In this document: positions 37,705 through 48,227 of the stretch, piece after piece
How positions within the stretch are numbered: position 1 is the stretch's first letter
Layout of the letters: each line of letters opens with the position of its first letter
Assembly: GCA_036404475.1 (NCBI GenBank)
Contig: DASWZL010000107.1
Span: 77,001-141,000 of the forward strand
Source of the DNA: Thermoplasmata archaeon
GTDB taxonomy: Archaea; Thermoplasmatota; Thermoplasmata; Lutacidiplasmatales; UBA184
Length of the DNA: 64,000 nucleotides
Reading direction: 5' to 3'
Translations under genes and position numbers: made by a program
Notes under the pieces: model-generated
What the model was told of the DNA's origin: nothing
Databases searched by the model: none
Seen by the model: only the letters and a program-made list of their open reading frames with translations

Positions 37705-38409
37705 CTAGCCCGTGGCCTTCTCGATCGCGGTTCCGGCTTCGAGATACCAGGGAAGCTGGTCCGGGGAGAACGTCGTTCCCGTGCGTAGCTCCCCCGAGGG
37801 TAGTCCTTTCTCGACCACGAGGTGGGCCGTTCGCCACTCCTCGGCGGATTCGACGTCCAGCCTCAGCGCGATGGAGTAGCCATACCGGCCTTCGTAGGGA
37901 GGCGGAATCGAGGTGGTGATGACCGAGAGGCCGTGTCGGGGGAACACGTCCATCATCGCGCGAAGGCGACCCGGGTCGGTCGGATAGAACATGCGGATTC
38001 GGTTGGTGTTCGCGACGACGACGACTCGAGGACCGGAGGGAGAGTCGCTCTCGTCGAGAATCCGTTGAATCCGCGGCGGCAGGAGGAGGAAATGGTCGAG
38101 CGCAATCCGGTCCGCCGTGGCCCCCTCGGGGCGGATCAGGGAGTCGAACGTCTCTCGCGAGACCCGGGGCCCCTCTCCGAGGTCGGCGACCGAGATCGGC
38201 GCAGGGACCCGGGTCTCGGGGAGGAGCCGACGGACCCAGGACTCCTCGACCGAGGGCTCCGCCGCCAATTCCCGGACGGTGATCCACCGAAACGACGGGT
38301 CGATGAACTTGGCCACCGCGAACGCCATTACGTGGCTCGCCCGGCGGCTCCGGCTCCATACGTAATAGGAGAAGGGGGTGGTGCGAAACTCTGGCGGAAG
38401 GTCGACCAT
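37705..38409 (-). CDS. Uncharacterised protein, paralog of 28434-29300
   Basis: Shared motifs; TATA-like tttatg on minus strand near 38455-38460. Confidence 0.8.
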   Translation of the reverse strand: MVDLPPEFRTTPFSYYVWSRSRRASHVMAFAVAKFIDPSFRWITVRELAAEPSVEESWVRRLLPETRVPAPISVADLGEGPRVSRETFDSLIRPEGATADRIALDHFLLLPPRIQRILDESDSPSGPRVVVVANTNRIRMFYPTDPGRLRAMMDVFPRHGLSVITTSIPPPYEGRYGYSIALRLDVESAEEWRTAHLVVEKGLPSGELRTGTTFSPDQLPWYLEAGTAIEKATG

Positions 38410-38638
38410 GTTACCCGGTGTGGGTCAGACCACCTACTTCACCGCGACCGGCCTCATAAACCCAGTCGGTCGCGCGGCTCCCAGATTCTGCCCGGCCGAG
38501 ACGCATCGTTCGGCGGTGACGGTCCACCGATACGGACCTCCCTCCCGGCTCCCGTGCCAGCCTTCTCGCATGGCTCGGGCCGCGTGTCGAGCGGGTTTGA
38601 CGGGGGGTTTATTCGCGCGCAACTCCGCCCTATCGGCA

Positions 38639-39787
38639 ATGTCTGTCACTGACGTCGCCCAAGACAAGAGGGCCGACCTCGCCGGCCCGGGGATCGGCAC
38701 GTACGAAGAGGTCGACCGCGTGCTCCCCGGTGATTATGAGCCGCTGCTTTCCCCCCGCCTCACCCAGCACGCCATCTACGCGGTCAAGGGCTACATCGAG
38801 GAGCACCTATGCAAGGAGCTCAACCTGATGATGGTCCAGGTGCCGCTCATTGTGGAGAGCGAGAGCGGTGTCAACGACATGCTCGACCGGGACGGCTCCC
38901 GTACGCCGATTCAGTTCCATATCTCGAACGACCGCGACCTCCACCCGGTGGACGCCCAGGTCGTCCAGGCGGCGACCAAGTGGAAGCGGATGGCCCTGAA
39001 ACAGTTCGACCTTCAGTCCGGCGAGGGGCTCATCACCGACATGCGTGCGGTCCGGAAGGATTACTTCCTGGACCACGACCACAGCGCCTACGTCGACCAG
39101 TGGGACTGGGAGAAGGCGATCACTGTCGAGGACCGGAACCTCGACTACCTCAAGGACACGGTCCGGCGCATCTGGAAGGTCATCACGGGCGCGCAGAAGC
39201 ACGTTCAGCGGCTGTTCCCGCAGCTCAAGGACCCGCGTTACCCGAACCTGCCCGACGACATCCATTTCCTGCACACCGAGGACCTGCTGGACGCCTACCC
39301 GGACCTGCCCCGGAAGCAGCGCGAGACCGCGATCCTGCAGAAGCACCCGGCGGTGTTCCTCATCGGGATTGGCTGGCCGCTCAAGGACGGATATCCCCAC
39401 GAGATGCGGGCCGCCGACTACGATGACTGGGTCACCGAGACGCGCTCGGAGGACGGCCGACCGATGCACGGCCTCAACGGGGACATCCTCGTCTGGAACC
39501 CCGTGACCCGACGCCGCCACGAGCTCATGTCCGGGGGGATCCGCGTGACCGCGGAAACCCTCCGCCAGCAGCTGTCGATGACGGGTCAGCTCGATTTCCT
39601 CAAGTTCCCGTACCACCAGGCGATCCTGAACGGCCAGATCCCGCTCAGCATCGGAAGCGGGATCGGTCAGGGCCGGACCCAGATGCTCCTCCTCCGCAAG
39701 GCCCACATCGGCGAGGTCACCGTCACGGTCTGGCCGAAGAAGCTGCGGGAGATCAGCGCGCGACACAACATCCACGTGCTGACGTAG
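38639..39787 (+). CDS. asnA: Aspartate--ammonia ligase (bacterial-type AsnA)
   Basis: KWKRMAL, MRAVR, HSAYVDQWDWE, RAADYDDW, LNGDIL, GIGQGR, HIGEV..VWP. Confidence 0.93.
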   Translation: MSVTDVAQDKRADLAGPGIGTYEEVDRVLPGDYEPLLSPRLTQHAIYAVKGYIEEHLCKELNLMMVQVPLIVESESGVNDMLDRDGSRTPIQFHISNDRDLHPVDAQVVQAATKWKRMALKQFDLQSGEGLITDMRAVRKDYFLDHDHSAYVDQWDWEKAITVEDRNLDYLKDTVRRIWKVITGAQKHVQRLFPQLKDPRYPNLPDDIHFLHTEDLLDAYPDLPRKQRETAILQKHPAVFLIGIGWPLKDGYPHEMRAADYDDWVTETRSEDGRPMHGLNGDILVWNPVTRRRHELMSGGIRVTAETLRQQLSMTGQLDFLKFPYHQAILNGQIPLSIGSGIGQGRTQMLLLRKAHIGEVTVTVWPKKLREISARHNIHVLT

Positions 39788-39897
39788 CCGACCGACCCGG
39801 AGGGAACGCGGTTCCCCGCGTGCCACCTACTGTCCCCCCCGTTCTGACCGCCCTGAACCGTTATCAGGTCCGACGGACCATCCCGGCGCGAACGGCC

Positions 39898-40596
39898 ATG
39901 GGGATCCCAAGTCCGATCGTCGAGCGACTGCTCCGGGAGGGGGATGAGCATCGTTGCGATGGCCCCCCCGACAACTGCGTGCGGGTCCGGGCGCTCGCGA
40001 ACCTTCCCACCCGCTTCGGCGAGTACCAGGTCGTGGCGTTCGAGAACTGCCTCGACCGGCAGGACCACGCGGCGTTCGTCCACGGGGACGTGTTCGAACG
40101 CGAGGAGGTCCCCGTTCGGGTGCACTCGGAGTGCCTCACGGGGGACGCGATCGGCTCGCTCCGGTGCGACTGCCGCGACCAGCTCATGGAATCGCTCGCG
40201 CGGATCGGGCAGATGGAGCGGGGGGTCGTCCTCTACCTGCGACAGGAAGGCCGCGGCATCGGCTTCGTCAACAAAATCCGCGCCTACCAGCTCCAAGACT
40301 CGGGATACGACACCGTGCAGGCGAACGAGCTGCTCGGGTTCCGACCCGACGAGCGGGACTACGAGATCGCGGCCCACATGCTCTCGGCGCTCCACGTACG
40401 CTCGATTCAGATCCTGACGAACAACCCGGCGAAGGTCCAGGACCTCGAGCGGCACGGCGTTCGCATCTCCGGACGGATCTCGGTCGAAATCCCCGCGAAC
40501 GAGATCAACCGCCCCTACCTAGAGACCAAACGCGACCGGATGGGCCACCTGCTCGAGGTCGAACAGGACGACGACCTCTCCGGATACCTCAAGTAG
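39898..40596 (+). CDS. ribA: GTP cyclohydrolase II
   Basis: VRVHSECLTGD..SLRCDC, QEGRGIG, LTNNP. Confidence 0.93.
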   Translation: MGIPSPIVERLLREGDEHRCDGPPDNCVRVRALANLPTRFGEYQVVAFENCLDRQDHAAFVHGDVFEREEVPVRVHSECLTGDAIGSLRCDCRDQLMESLARIGQMERGVVLYLRQEGRGIGFVNKIRAYQLQDSGYDTVQANELLGFRPDERDYEIAAHMLSALHVRSIQILTNNPAKVQDLERHGVRISGRISVEIPANEINRPYLETKRDRMGHLLEVEQDDDLSGYLK

Positions 40597-40740
40597 GACG
40601 TCCGCCGGCGCGGGCGTCGCGCATCCTCCCTTCCCGCACCAAGGCGTACGTACGTGCGTGCGTCGTTGAGAACAAGAGTCACCCCGGGCCGGTCCGGCTG
40701 GGGGGAGAGGAAAGGGTTGCTTCGGCCGTCCTGGGCGAGC

Positions 40741-43700
40741 TTAGCTCGGTGGCGACGCTCCGGGGGGGGGCGGTCCCTCGTTCCAGGCTCCCGAGCCACC
40801 CTCGGCGGGAGGGGTGGTCGTCGGCTCGGCCGCCGGGGGGGGCGGCGTCCACGGCTGGGGAGCTGCCGGATGCGCTTTCGGCCCTCGTCGACGGCGCAGG
40901 AACAGGGCCAGGAGGGCGACCACGAGGGCGATCACCGCGAGCGCGATCGCCACCGCGAACCACGTGTTGAACGTGTCCGTGGAGACGTACGAGGTCGTCG
41001 AGGTGAACCCCACCGGCACGTTGTACGCTCCGTTCGCGACCGTCACGCTGCCGGTCGTCGGGGTCGTGTCGTACCCCCCGAGCGGGCCGACGTAGTACGA
41101 GTAGGTGCCCATCGGCTCCGAGAAGGAGATGGTCGTGGTGTTCGAGCTCAGCGTCACCCCGCCCAACGTCACCGACCAGGTCGTTCCCGAGGAAAGACCG
41201 GTCGCAATGAAGGTGACGGTGAACGTCTCCTGGGGCCCGATCGGGAAGGAATCCTCCGTGGTCCCCGTGACGATGTACGGAGCGAGGTATCCATTCGACC
41301 CGTAGGTGTGCCAGTCCGCCCAGTAGTTACCGACGCCCGTCGCGCAGAACTCGCTCGTGCAGGTGTTGAAGTAGTTGTCGACCTCCGACCACGCCTGGAC
41401 GTGCGCCGCGTTGTAGGTGGAGGTCGCCCCGTTATCCCCGACGAAGTTGTTGCCGGTGATCGTGTTGCCGTCCCCAGTGAGGATGGCGACCCCAAAGCTC
41501 GTGTCGTCCACGAACGAGCTGTCGGTCACGTAGTTGCCCACCGCGCCGGCGGTCTCGCCGCCCGCCTGCATGAGGAAGCCCATCCAGTCCTTGTACGCGC
41601 CGAGGCCGTTGACATAGCTATTGTAGGTCGCGTTGAAGACCATCCCGTACTGGTCAGACGTGGCGTTGATGGCGTTCACTTGGAGCCCGTTGGAATAGAT
41701 GTCAAACAGCGCCGCACCGTAGTTCGTGGCAACCACGTGGGAGATTCCCGTCGCCTCACTATCCTCGGTCACGACCGCCGCGAGCGGGAGGTCAAAGTAG
41801 AAGAGGTGGACCGAGTAGAGAGCGCTCGGGGTCGTGTCGGACGCGGTGACGTTGCTCACCGAAATGAAGTCCGACTCATAGACAAAGACACCCACCGAGT
41901 TGGTCGTCGCTGAGACCCCGTTGACCGTGTCCTGGCTCGACCCGAAGATCACGCTGCCGACCGAGAGGTTCGAGGCCGTGGTCTGGGACATGGCAACGGA
42001 CGCAGAGTCCTCGATCTCCGCTCCATAGGTCGAATCGTTGGCCGATACGCCCGAGAGGGTGAGGTCGGTCGCCTCATAGGTCCCGACGCCGAGGGAACCG
42101 TTCGTCGCAAAGAGCTTCGAGACGGTCCCGTTGGTGAAGCCGTACTCGAGCTCTACGGCAAACGAGTCGTCGGCGGTCACGTTCGAGATCGTGGCGTTCG
42201 CGCCGCCCTGGAGGCCGACGCCCGGGTCCGTGAAGTCGGAGAAGGACGCGGTAGTGACCGTGGTGTCGCTCACTCCGTAACCGATGACCCCCGCGGTACC
42301 AAAATAGCCCTCGGCGTTGACGTTGAGGTTCGTTACCGTAAGTCCGATGCCGCCCTCCGCGTAGACGCCGTCCGCGATCGCCCCTACCTGCACTTGGTTG
42401 AGGGTCGTCGCGTTCGCCCAGTAGGCCTCGAACCCGGTGGAGTAGAGGGACGTGTTCAGGTACGTGAACGTTCCGCCCATGCCTCCCTCGTCAAGGATGG
42501 ATGTGCCGAAGTCATAGGATGAGTCGTTCCACCCCACTGCCCCGGTCGAAGCGATGACGCTGAAGTCGGCGGCCCCATCGGTGGCGTTAGAGTTCTCGAC
42601 CGTCGTGTGCGTGGCGACCGAGGCCCAGACTCCGAAGGAGTCGGCCGACACGGTGAGATCGTTCGCGGTAACGTTGGTGGTTCCCCAGAGCGAAATCGCG
42701 CCGCCGGTGATCACACCGCTCCCGCCGTTGAATCCGGGAAGGGCGAGGTTGGTGAACGTGTCGCCGACCCCACCGTAGTCCACGAACTCCTGGCTCGCGC
42801 TCGTGAGGTTGTAGTAGTATCCTCCGAAGTACGGCCAGTAGTACTCCGTGTTGTTGGCCCCGAAGACGCCGTTCGGGCCCTGGGCCACGTTGTTGACCGC
42901 GAGCGGCGACGTGACGCCCGTCGCGTAGAACAGGTTGAACATCGGGAAGGACCAGTCGTTCAGAACGTTGAACGCCAGGCCCGTGTGAACGACCAGGTTC
43001 TTGAACGTGTAGGGGACGATGGCGTGCCCCGTGATCGCAGACACGAGCGCCGTCGCCTGCGCCTCACCGTTCATGTAGAGCGGCGCGTACAAGCTCCCCG
43101 GCGAACTCGTCATCGTGATGGCGTAGGCGGTCTGAGTGGTCGTAAAGTTCTTGCCGGTGTAGTTCGCGTACTCCGCGGCGTACGCGGCGACCGTGTAGCT
43201 CGCGGAACCGGGGATCGAGGGCGGCAGGGACGTGTGGACGACTCCCGCCGCGTTGGACGGCGCCCACTCTTGGTAGGCCGGGAATCCCGAGATGTTCTCA
43301 CCGATGAAGGTGAACGCGTAGTTCGGTGAGGAGTCCCCGGTGAACTGGATCGATCCCGTCGGGACGGGGGTCGGGGTTCCCCAGAGACCGTAGAGCAGCG
43401 ACGGCCCCTGGTTGAGGTATACGGTGGTACCAGACCAATAAGCGGCGACCCCAACCGCCGTCTCCCCAGTGTTCGCCCCGTAGTCGTAGGCGGACGGGAC
43501 GCTCACCCACTTGGAGGAGGAGGAGTTGAGGTACTGCAGGGTCATCGACCCGCTCGCGTTCGTGATGACCGCGTTCGAGCCGGCCGCTGGACCGCAGAAG
43601 ACCAGCTCGGCGTCAAAGGCGGCCCCGTTCGGTGCGTAGTTGAAGCCGTTGACTTGGAACTGGGGGTTGAGCAGGGGCTCCCAATACGGGGAGTTGAAGA

Positions 43701-44736
43701 TGACCGTGTCGTAGATTCCAGTGTATACCATCCCGTTTCCGTCCACCAGTCGGTAGCCGTAGGAGATGGCGGAGCGGCCGCCGATCGTCGACGCGTTGTT
43801 GTAGAGGTGGAGCTGCACCGGATACACCACCGGTAGCGTGGGGCCGTAATCATAGTAGAAGTCGTAGGGAACGAGCGTACCACTGGCCGAGTAGATGGTG
43901 CCGGGGGTCATGTTGGCGCCTGGACCGGAGAAGTTCCAGACGTTGTCCAGGAACTGGACAGAGTTGCCGCTGAAGTCAGGCACGTTCTGGGTCCAGAAGA
44001 CGCCCGAACCCAGAGGGAACCCGGTCGAGCCGGGGAGGGTGATGTTCTGAACCACCGTGTTGAGCTGGATTCCCCAGTCGTAGGGGTTGCCGGGCTCGTT
44101 CGCGGGGTTACCGTTCCAGTAGTACTGACCCGAGGGTTCGTACAGACTTCCGGCGGTGGCGTTGAAACTCGTCAGGTCCGTCGTGCCTTCGACCGCGGAC
44201 GTGTTGTATTCGTAGGTGGTCGATCCGAGACCGAAGTCGCCGACCCCCATCGGGGCCGGGGCCTCGGTGTAGTACGGGCTGACGACGGCGGATGGCGAGG
44301 CGGTGTCGCCGAGGAGGATATTGATGTTGGGTAGGATGGCGGCGCTGGCCGGGATGGCACCGCTCTGGATGCCCTCCGCGATGCGCTGGACCATGGCGAT
44401 GGTGGAGGGCTTGGCCCCGCCGGCCTCAAGCTTCTGGATCTCGCCGGAAAGAGCGTTCGAAGTGGCCGGGGCGGACGAAGGGATCGTGGGTTTCACGGTC
44501 GACGTGGGGAGCGAAGAGAACTGGTTGGTGGCCGAAACCGGCGTTGCTCCGCTGGTCGGCCCCGCCGGCGATGCGCCCGAGGACGTCACCGCGGCCGGCG
44601 CCGAGACCCCAGAGGCCGAAAGCAGTCCTGAGTGCGACTGGAGGGTCGCGCTGGCGGGCAGAACCATCAGAGCACAGACCCCGACAATGATCGGCAGCAG
44701 CCAAATTGCTTTTCGACGCATAGATGACGGGGACAT
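40741..44736 (-). CDS. Thermopsin-family protease with parallel beta-helix region, surface repeat and C-terminal TM anchor
   Basis: APAPMGVGDFG, QLNTV, FWTQNV, DNVWNFS, DAELV, NTGET; signal peptide; TM followed by RRRR. Confidence 0.88.
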   Translation of the reverse strand: MSPSSMRRKAIWLLPIIVGVCALMVLPASATLQSHSGLLSASGVSAPAAVTSSGASPAGPTSGATPVSATNQFSSLPTSTVKPTIPSSAPATSNALSGEIQKLEAGGAKPSTIAMVQRIAEGIQSGAIPASAAILPNINILLGDTASPSAVVSPYYTEAPAPMGVGDFGLGSTTYEYNTSAVEGTTDLTSFNATAGSLYEPSGQYYWNGNPANEPGNPYDWGIQLNTVVQNITLPGSTGFPLGSGVFWTQNVPDFSGNSVQFLDNVWNFSGPGANMTPGTIYSASGTLVPYDFYYDYGPTLPVVYPVQLHLYNNASTIGGRSAISYGYRLVDGNGMVYTGIYDTVIFNSPYWEPLLNPQFQVNGFNYAPNGAAFDAELVFCGPAAGSNAVITNASGSMTLQYLNSSSSKWVSVPSAYDYGANTGETAVGVAAYWSGTTVYLNQGPSLLYGLWGTPTPVPTGSIQFTGDSSPNYAFTFIGENISGFPAYQEWAPSNAAGVVHTSLPPSIPGSASYTVAAYAAEYANYTGKNFTTTQTAYAITMTSSPGSLYAPLYMNGEAQATALVSAITGHAIVPYTFKNLVVHTGLAFNVLNDWSFPMFNLFYATGVTSPLAVNNVAQGPNGVFGANNTEYYWPYFGGYYYNLTSASQEFVDYGGVGDTFTNLALPGFNGGSGVITGGAISLWGTTNVTANDLTVSADSFGVWASVATHTTVENSNATDGAADFSVIASTGAVGWNDSSYDFGTSILDEGGMGGTFTYLNTSLYSTGFEAYWANATTLNQVQVGAIADGVYAEGGIGLTVTNLNVNAEGYFGTAGVIGYGVSDTTVTTASFSDFTDPGVGLQGGANATISNVTADDSFAVELEYGFTNGTVSKLFATNGSLGVGTYEATDLTLSGVSANDSTYGAEIEDSASVAMSQTTASNLSVGSVIFGSSQDTVNGVSATTNSVGVFVYESDFISVSNVTASDTTPSALYSVHLFYFDLPLAAVVTEDSEATGISHVVATNYGAALFDIYSNGLQVNAINATSDQYGMVFNATYNSYVNGLGAYKDWMGFLMQAGGETAGAVGNYVTDSSFVDDTSFGVAILTGDGNTITGNNFVGDNGATSTYNAAHVQAWSEVDNYFNTCTSEFCATGVGNYWADWHTYGSNGYLAPYIVTGTTEDSFPIGPQETFTVTFIATGLSSGTTWSVTLGGVTLSSNTTTISFSEPMGTYSYYVGPLGGYDTTPTTGSVTVANGAYNVPVGFTSTTSYVSTDTFNTWFAVAIALAVIALVVALLALFLRRRRGPKAHPAAPQPWTPPPPAAEPTTTPPAEGGSGAWNEGPPPPGASPPS

Positions 44737-44760
44737 ATCGAGCGCCGAGGAGTGGGAGGG

Positions 44761-44770
44761 TTTATAGATA
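44761..44770 (-). promoter_or_regulatory. TATA box for probably leaderless thermopsin transcript
   Basis: tatctataaa on minus strand, 25-34 nt upstream of ATG 44736. Confidence 0.6.
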
Positions 44771-45029
44771 CTTTCCGACAGTGGAAAGACCTCCCCTTCG
44801 AGACCGCATCGAGGGCGACGGAGGGCCATCTTCCTCGGGACATCTCGACGGGGTTGGCCGATTCCCAGCGAGGTGCCGCGCCCATTTTCGCCCGACGTGG
44901 GTCTCCGAGCCGGTCCCGTCAGCACCAGGGACGCCGCCGTCGGTCCGGCGGCTGGTACCCCCCTCGCCTAGGCGAGGCGGGACGATCTACCGGGAATGGC
45001 CCTGAGCCACGGCGCGATCCTGCGCCGTC

Positions 45030-45569
45030 TCAATCCGTGGCTTCGAATCGGTCCCCGGCGCGGACCCACCCCTCGCGGAGGATGAGGGCGTACCATCCTC
45101 GTCGGTTCAGCATTACCTTGAGGAACTCCGGCCCTCGGGAGGGTCCGACGTAGGGAAGGAGAAAGAGGTTGTCGCACGGCGTGCAGGCCTTCGACACCTC
45201 AAGGACGACCTCGCCGGCCCGGAACCGGTGTCCGGGGACGAACGCGTCGTACGCGATCCCCTCGGTGGTGATGTTCTCTCCAAGGTCTCCGGGACGGACG
45301 GGCCAGCCTTCGCGCGAAAGCTCGTCCAGCGTCTCCCGCGGCATGATCAGAAGGGCCATCGCCGGGTCGTCCCGCTTTTCCTCGTGACGGTAGCGGTTGA
45401 AGTCCCCCGCGAGGCCGGCTCGGGAGACGAACGCCTCGGGCACCGACGGCTTCGGGAGGCCGTGCTCGCCGGCGACCTCGGGCTTGCGGTGAATCTCGAA
45501 GACCCGGCCGGAGACTCGCGATCCTGCCGTCAAGGGCTCCCCTCCGAGGAACCTCGAACCTTCCCGCAT
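45030..45569 (-). CDS. MOSC-domain protein
   Basis: GLAGD, PGDLGENITT, ACTPC, RRGWYA, GWVRAGD. Confidence 0.85.
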   Translation of the reverse strand: MREGSRFLGGEPLTAGSRVSGRVFEIHRKPEVAGEHGLPKPSVPEAFVSRAGLAGDFNRYRHEEKRDDPAMALLIMPRETLDELSREGWPVRPGDLGENITTEGIAYDAFVPGHRFRAGEVVLEVSKACTPCDNLFLLPYVGPSRGPEFLKVMLNRRGWYALILREGWVRAGDRFEATD

Positions 45570-45664
45570 CAAAATAGGTTGGGGTCGGTCTTCGGTGAGG
45601 ATTGCGACCATTCGACGATTGCGGCGGAATCGTCCTTTTCTCCTCTCATACTTGTCCGGTCCTC

Positions 45665-46042
45665 ATGCCGCGACCCGTAGGAGCCGGGGTCCTGACGATC
45701 CTTGGCGGGATCTTCATCTTGGCCGGTGGCCTTCTCTTCGCGCTGATCGGTGCCATCTTCGCCGTGTTCGGGTTCCGGAGTGAGCTCTTCCTTCTCGGGC
45801 TTGGGGTCGGGTTCCTTACGGTCATCGTAGGGTTCCTGATGATCGCGGTCCCCTCGGCACACGGGGTCTGGGGCATCCTCGCAATCGTCTTCGCCCTCGT
45901 GAGCATCGCGGTCGCGTTGGGCGGCTTCCTGGTGGGCTTCCTGTTGACCCTGATTGGGGGCATCCTGGCCCTGACGTGGAAGCCTCCGGCGGTACGGGTC
46001 ATCACGATTGAGGCGCGTCGGGTCCCTCCGCCCGCCGGTTAG
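45665..46042 (+). CDS. DUF6114-like 4-TM membrane protein
   Basis: RPVGAGVLTILGG, GGFLVGFLLTLIGGILAL.W. Confidence 0.75.
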   Translation: MPRPVGAGVLTILGGIFILAGGLLFALIGAIFAVFGFRSELFLLGLGVGFLTVIVGFLMIAVPSAHGVWGILAIVFALVSIAVALGGFLVGFLLTLIGGILALTWKPPAVRVITIEARRVPPPAG

Positions 46043-46111
46043 CGGGCGGGTGGGGGCGCGGGTCACCGACGAGGACCGGCTCGGGGAGTTCCGCCGCGAG
46101 GGAAAGGGGCC

Positions 46112-46690
46112 GTGACCCTGTCCGTCTTCGAGCTCGCGTTCGGCCTTTTCCTGGGCTTCTCGCTGACGATCCCTCCCGGACCGATGAACGCCTTCATGGC
46201 GTCGCAGTCGGTCCGCTCGTTTCGGGAGGGGGTGACCGCGGGGTTGGGCGCGATGAGCGCGGACCTCGTCCTAGGGGTCCTGGTCTACGCGCTGCATTCG
46301 ACGGTCGACCTCTCGACGGGTCTGCGTTGGATCTATCTCGCCGGCGCCGGAGTGATGGTCTACCTTGGGGTCGGCCTTCTGAAGGGGGCGTCGGGTCACC
46401 CTCCTCCCGAGACCACGGGCATCCGCACCTACACGAAGGCGCTCGGTCTCGGGGTCTCGAACCCGTTCCAAATCGTCTGGTGGCTCACTGCCGGCCTCGC
46501 GTTCGCCTATCTCGGAGGCTGGGTCCTCTTCGTCGGGCTCTTCGGAGCCATTACCGTGTGGGTCGTGGCGTTCCCGTGGGCGGTCCATGTCGGCACCGAG
46601 CGGAGACCGAGCATCGCCCGTGCGGTGGTCGTCGTATCGGGGGTCGTCATCTTCGCGTTCGCGGCGTACCTCCTCTTCCTCGCGCTGTGA
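46112..46690 (+). CDS. LysE-family transporter
   Basis: IPPGPMN, GLGAMSAD, SNPFQIVWW. Confidence 0.88.
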   Translation: MTLSVFELAFGLFLGFSLTIPPGPMNAFMASQSVRSFREGVTAGLGAMSADLVLGVLVYALHSTVDLSTGLRWIYLAGAGVMVYLGVGLLKGASGHPPPETTGIRTYTKALGLGVSNPFQIVWWLTAGLAFAYLGGWVLFVGLFGAITVWVVAFPWAVHVGTERRPSIARAVVVVSGVVIFAFAAYLLFLAL

Positions 46691-46714
46691 CGCGAGGCCC
46701 GGCCCCGATCCCGC

Positions 46715-47281
46715 TCAGCTCGGCTTGAGGCGGGCCGCGAACTGCTTCCGGAACTTCGACACCTTCGGCGCGATGATGGCGCGGCAATAGCCGCTTCCCG
46801 GGTTACGCCGGAAGTAGTCCCGGTGATACTCCTCCGCGGGGTAGAACTCGGTGAACGTCTCAAGCTCAGTGACGATCCTCCGCTTCCAGACCTGGGCGGC
46901 CTCGAGCTCTCCGATCACCTGCTCCGCGGTCGCCCGCTGAACGGCGGAGTGGCAGAAGATCACGGAGCGGTACTGGGTGCCCACGTCGTTCCCCTGCCGG
47001 TTCAGGCTCGTCGGGTCGTGGGTCGTCAGGAAGACCGTCAGGAGGTCGTGGTAGCTCACCACGCTCGGGTCGAACGTCACCTGGACGACCTCGGCATGAC
47101 CCGTCCCTCCCGTGCACACCTGCTCGTAGGTCGGCCGAGGGACGGTCCCGCCCGCATACCCCGACGCGACGCTCGAAACACCGGCGAGCTCGGAGAGGAC
47201 CGCTTCGGTGCACCAGAAGCACCCCCCTCCCAATGTGGCGGTCTCGGAGGGTCTCGGGGTCCCTCGAGCGGCCTCGGACAT
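46715..47281 (-). CDS. msrA: Peptide-methionine (S)-S-oxide reductase
   Basis: GGGCFWCTE, GHAEVV, QGNDVGTQYRS, AEEYHRDY..GYC. Confidence 0.95.
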   Translation of the reverse strand: MSEAARGTPRPSETATLGGGCFWCTEAVLSELAGVSSVASGYAGGTVPRPTYEQVCTGGTGHAEVVQVTFDPSVVSYHDLLTVFLTTHDPTSLNRQGNDVGTQYRSVIFCHSAVQRATAEQVIGELEAAQVWKRRIVTELETFTEFYPAEEYHRDYFRRNPGSGYCRAIIAPKVSKFRKQFAARLKPS

Positions 47282-47358
47282 CGTTGCTCTCGTATCCGTG
47301 CCGGCCCCTTGGTGGGGGGTCGCGTCAACGGAGGGTGGGCGCAAGCCCACGACCGATT

Positions 47359-48099
47359 TCAATTCGCCGATGGTGCCCCGGCGCCGTTCTGCGGCATCGG
47401 TCCGGCCCCGCGGAGCACGAAGTACGGGGCGAGCAGCGCGAGGATCGGGACCAGCAGGAGCAGGTACTCGACCCCGGGGAACGACACGACGAGCGCGACG
47501 AACGGCCCGACGAGAGCGAGCAGGAGGATCGCGTAGAGGGCCGCGCCAACGGCCACCTCCCGGCTCTTGAACCGAGACGAGGCCGCCGATAGGCCGAGCA
47601 CGATCCCGACCCCGCCGAGCCACCCCAACCAGAACCCGACGAGGCCCGTGTACGCTCCGAGAGCCTGTCCGGAGCGCAGACAGGTGAGCGCGTGGGTCGG
47701 TTGGCCCTTGAGGCACGAAAGGAGCGAGCTGGAAGAGCCGATGAGCACGACCGCCGCGACCAGAACGAGGATGAACCCAAGGGTCCCGATCCAGCAGAGG
47801 ATCGACGCGGCCGTGAACCGGGGGTCGACCTTGCGGAGATGAGCGAACCCCCGCCGGTAGAAGAAGAGGGAGGCCAGGAAGAGGATAGCGCCGGCCAGGA
47901 TCAGGAGAGCCGTGGCATCGATGAAAGCGGTCTGACGCAGCGAGAGGAACCCGGTCGCGTCGTACGAGGCGACGAAGAGGAACCCCACCGGGAGGACGAT
48001 GGCGAGCAGCGCCGCCGCGAGGCCGACGCCCGCGCCGGTGGCGATGCGAAAGAGTCCGGTCCGGTCCTGCTCGCTCGCGGGGGTCGACGGCGTTGCCAT
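47359..48099 (-). CDS. Multi-pass membrane protein (DUF973-like)
   Basis: About 6 TM; RRGFAHL...F pattern; Cys pair in loop. Confidence 0.65.
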   Translation of the reverse strand: MATPSTPASEQDRTGLFRIATGAGVGLAAALLAIVLPVGFLFVASYDATGFLSLRQTAFIDATALLILAGAILFLASLFFYRRGFAHLRKVDPRFTAASILCWIGTLGFILVLVAAVVLIGSSSSLLSCLKGQPTHALTCLRSGQALGAYTGLVGFWLGWLGGVGIVLGLSAASSRFKSREVAVGAALYAILLLALVGPFVALVVSFPGVEYLLLLVPILALLAPYFVLRGAGPMPQNGAGAPSAN

Positions 48100-48227
48100 T
48101 CTCCCACCCTCCGACAACTCGACCACCCAACGGGTCCCGGATTATCTACGCTTGGGCGGGTGGGTTTCCAGGTTGGCCCGTACGGAGGACGAGCGCCCAA
48201 GCGCTCCCATCGACGGAGCGCGAGCGT

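Noticed and set aside
37499..37708. Arg-rich 69-aa ORF (also 62418-62606)
   Set aside because: Composition matches random GC-rich frames; no motif support
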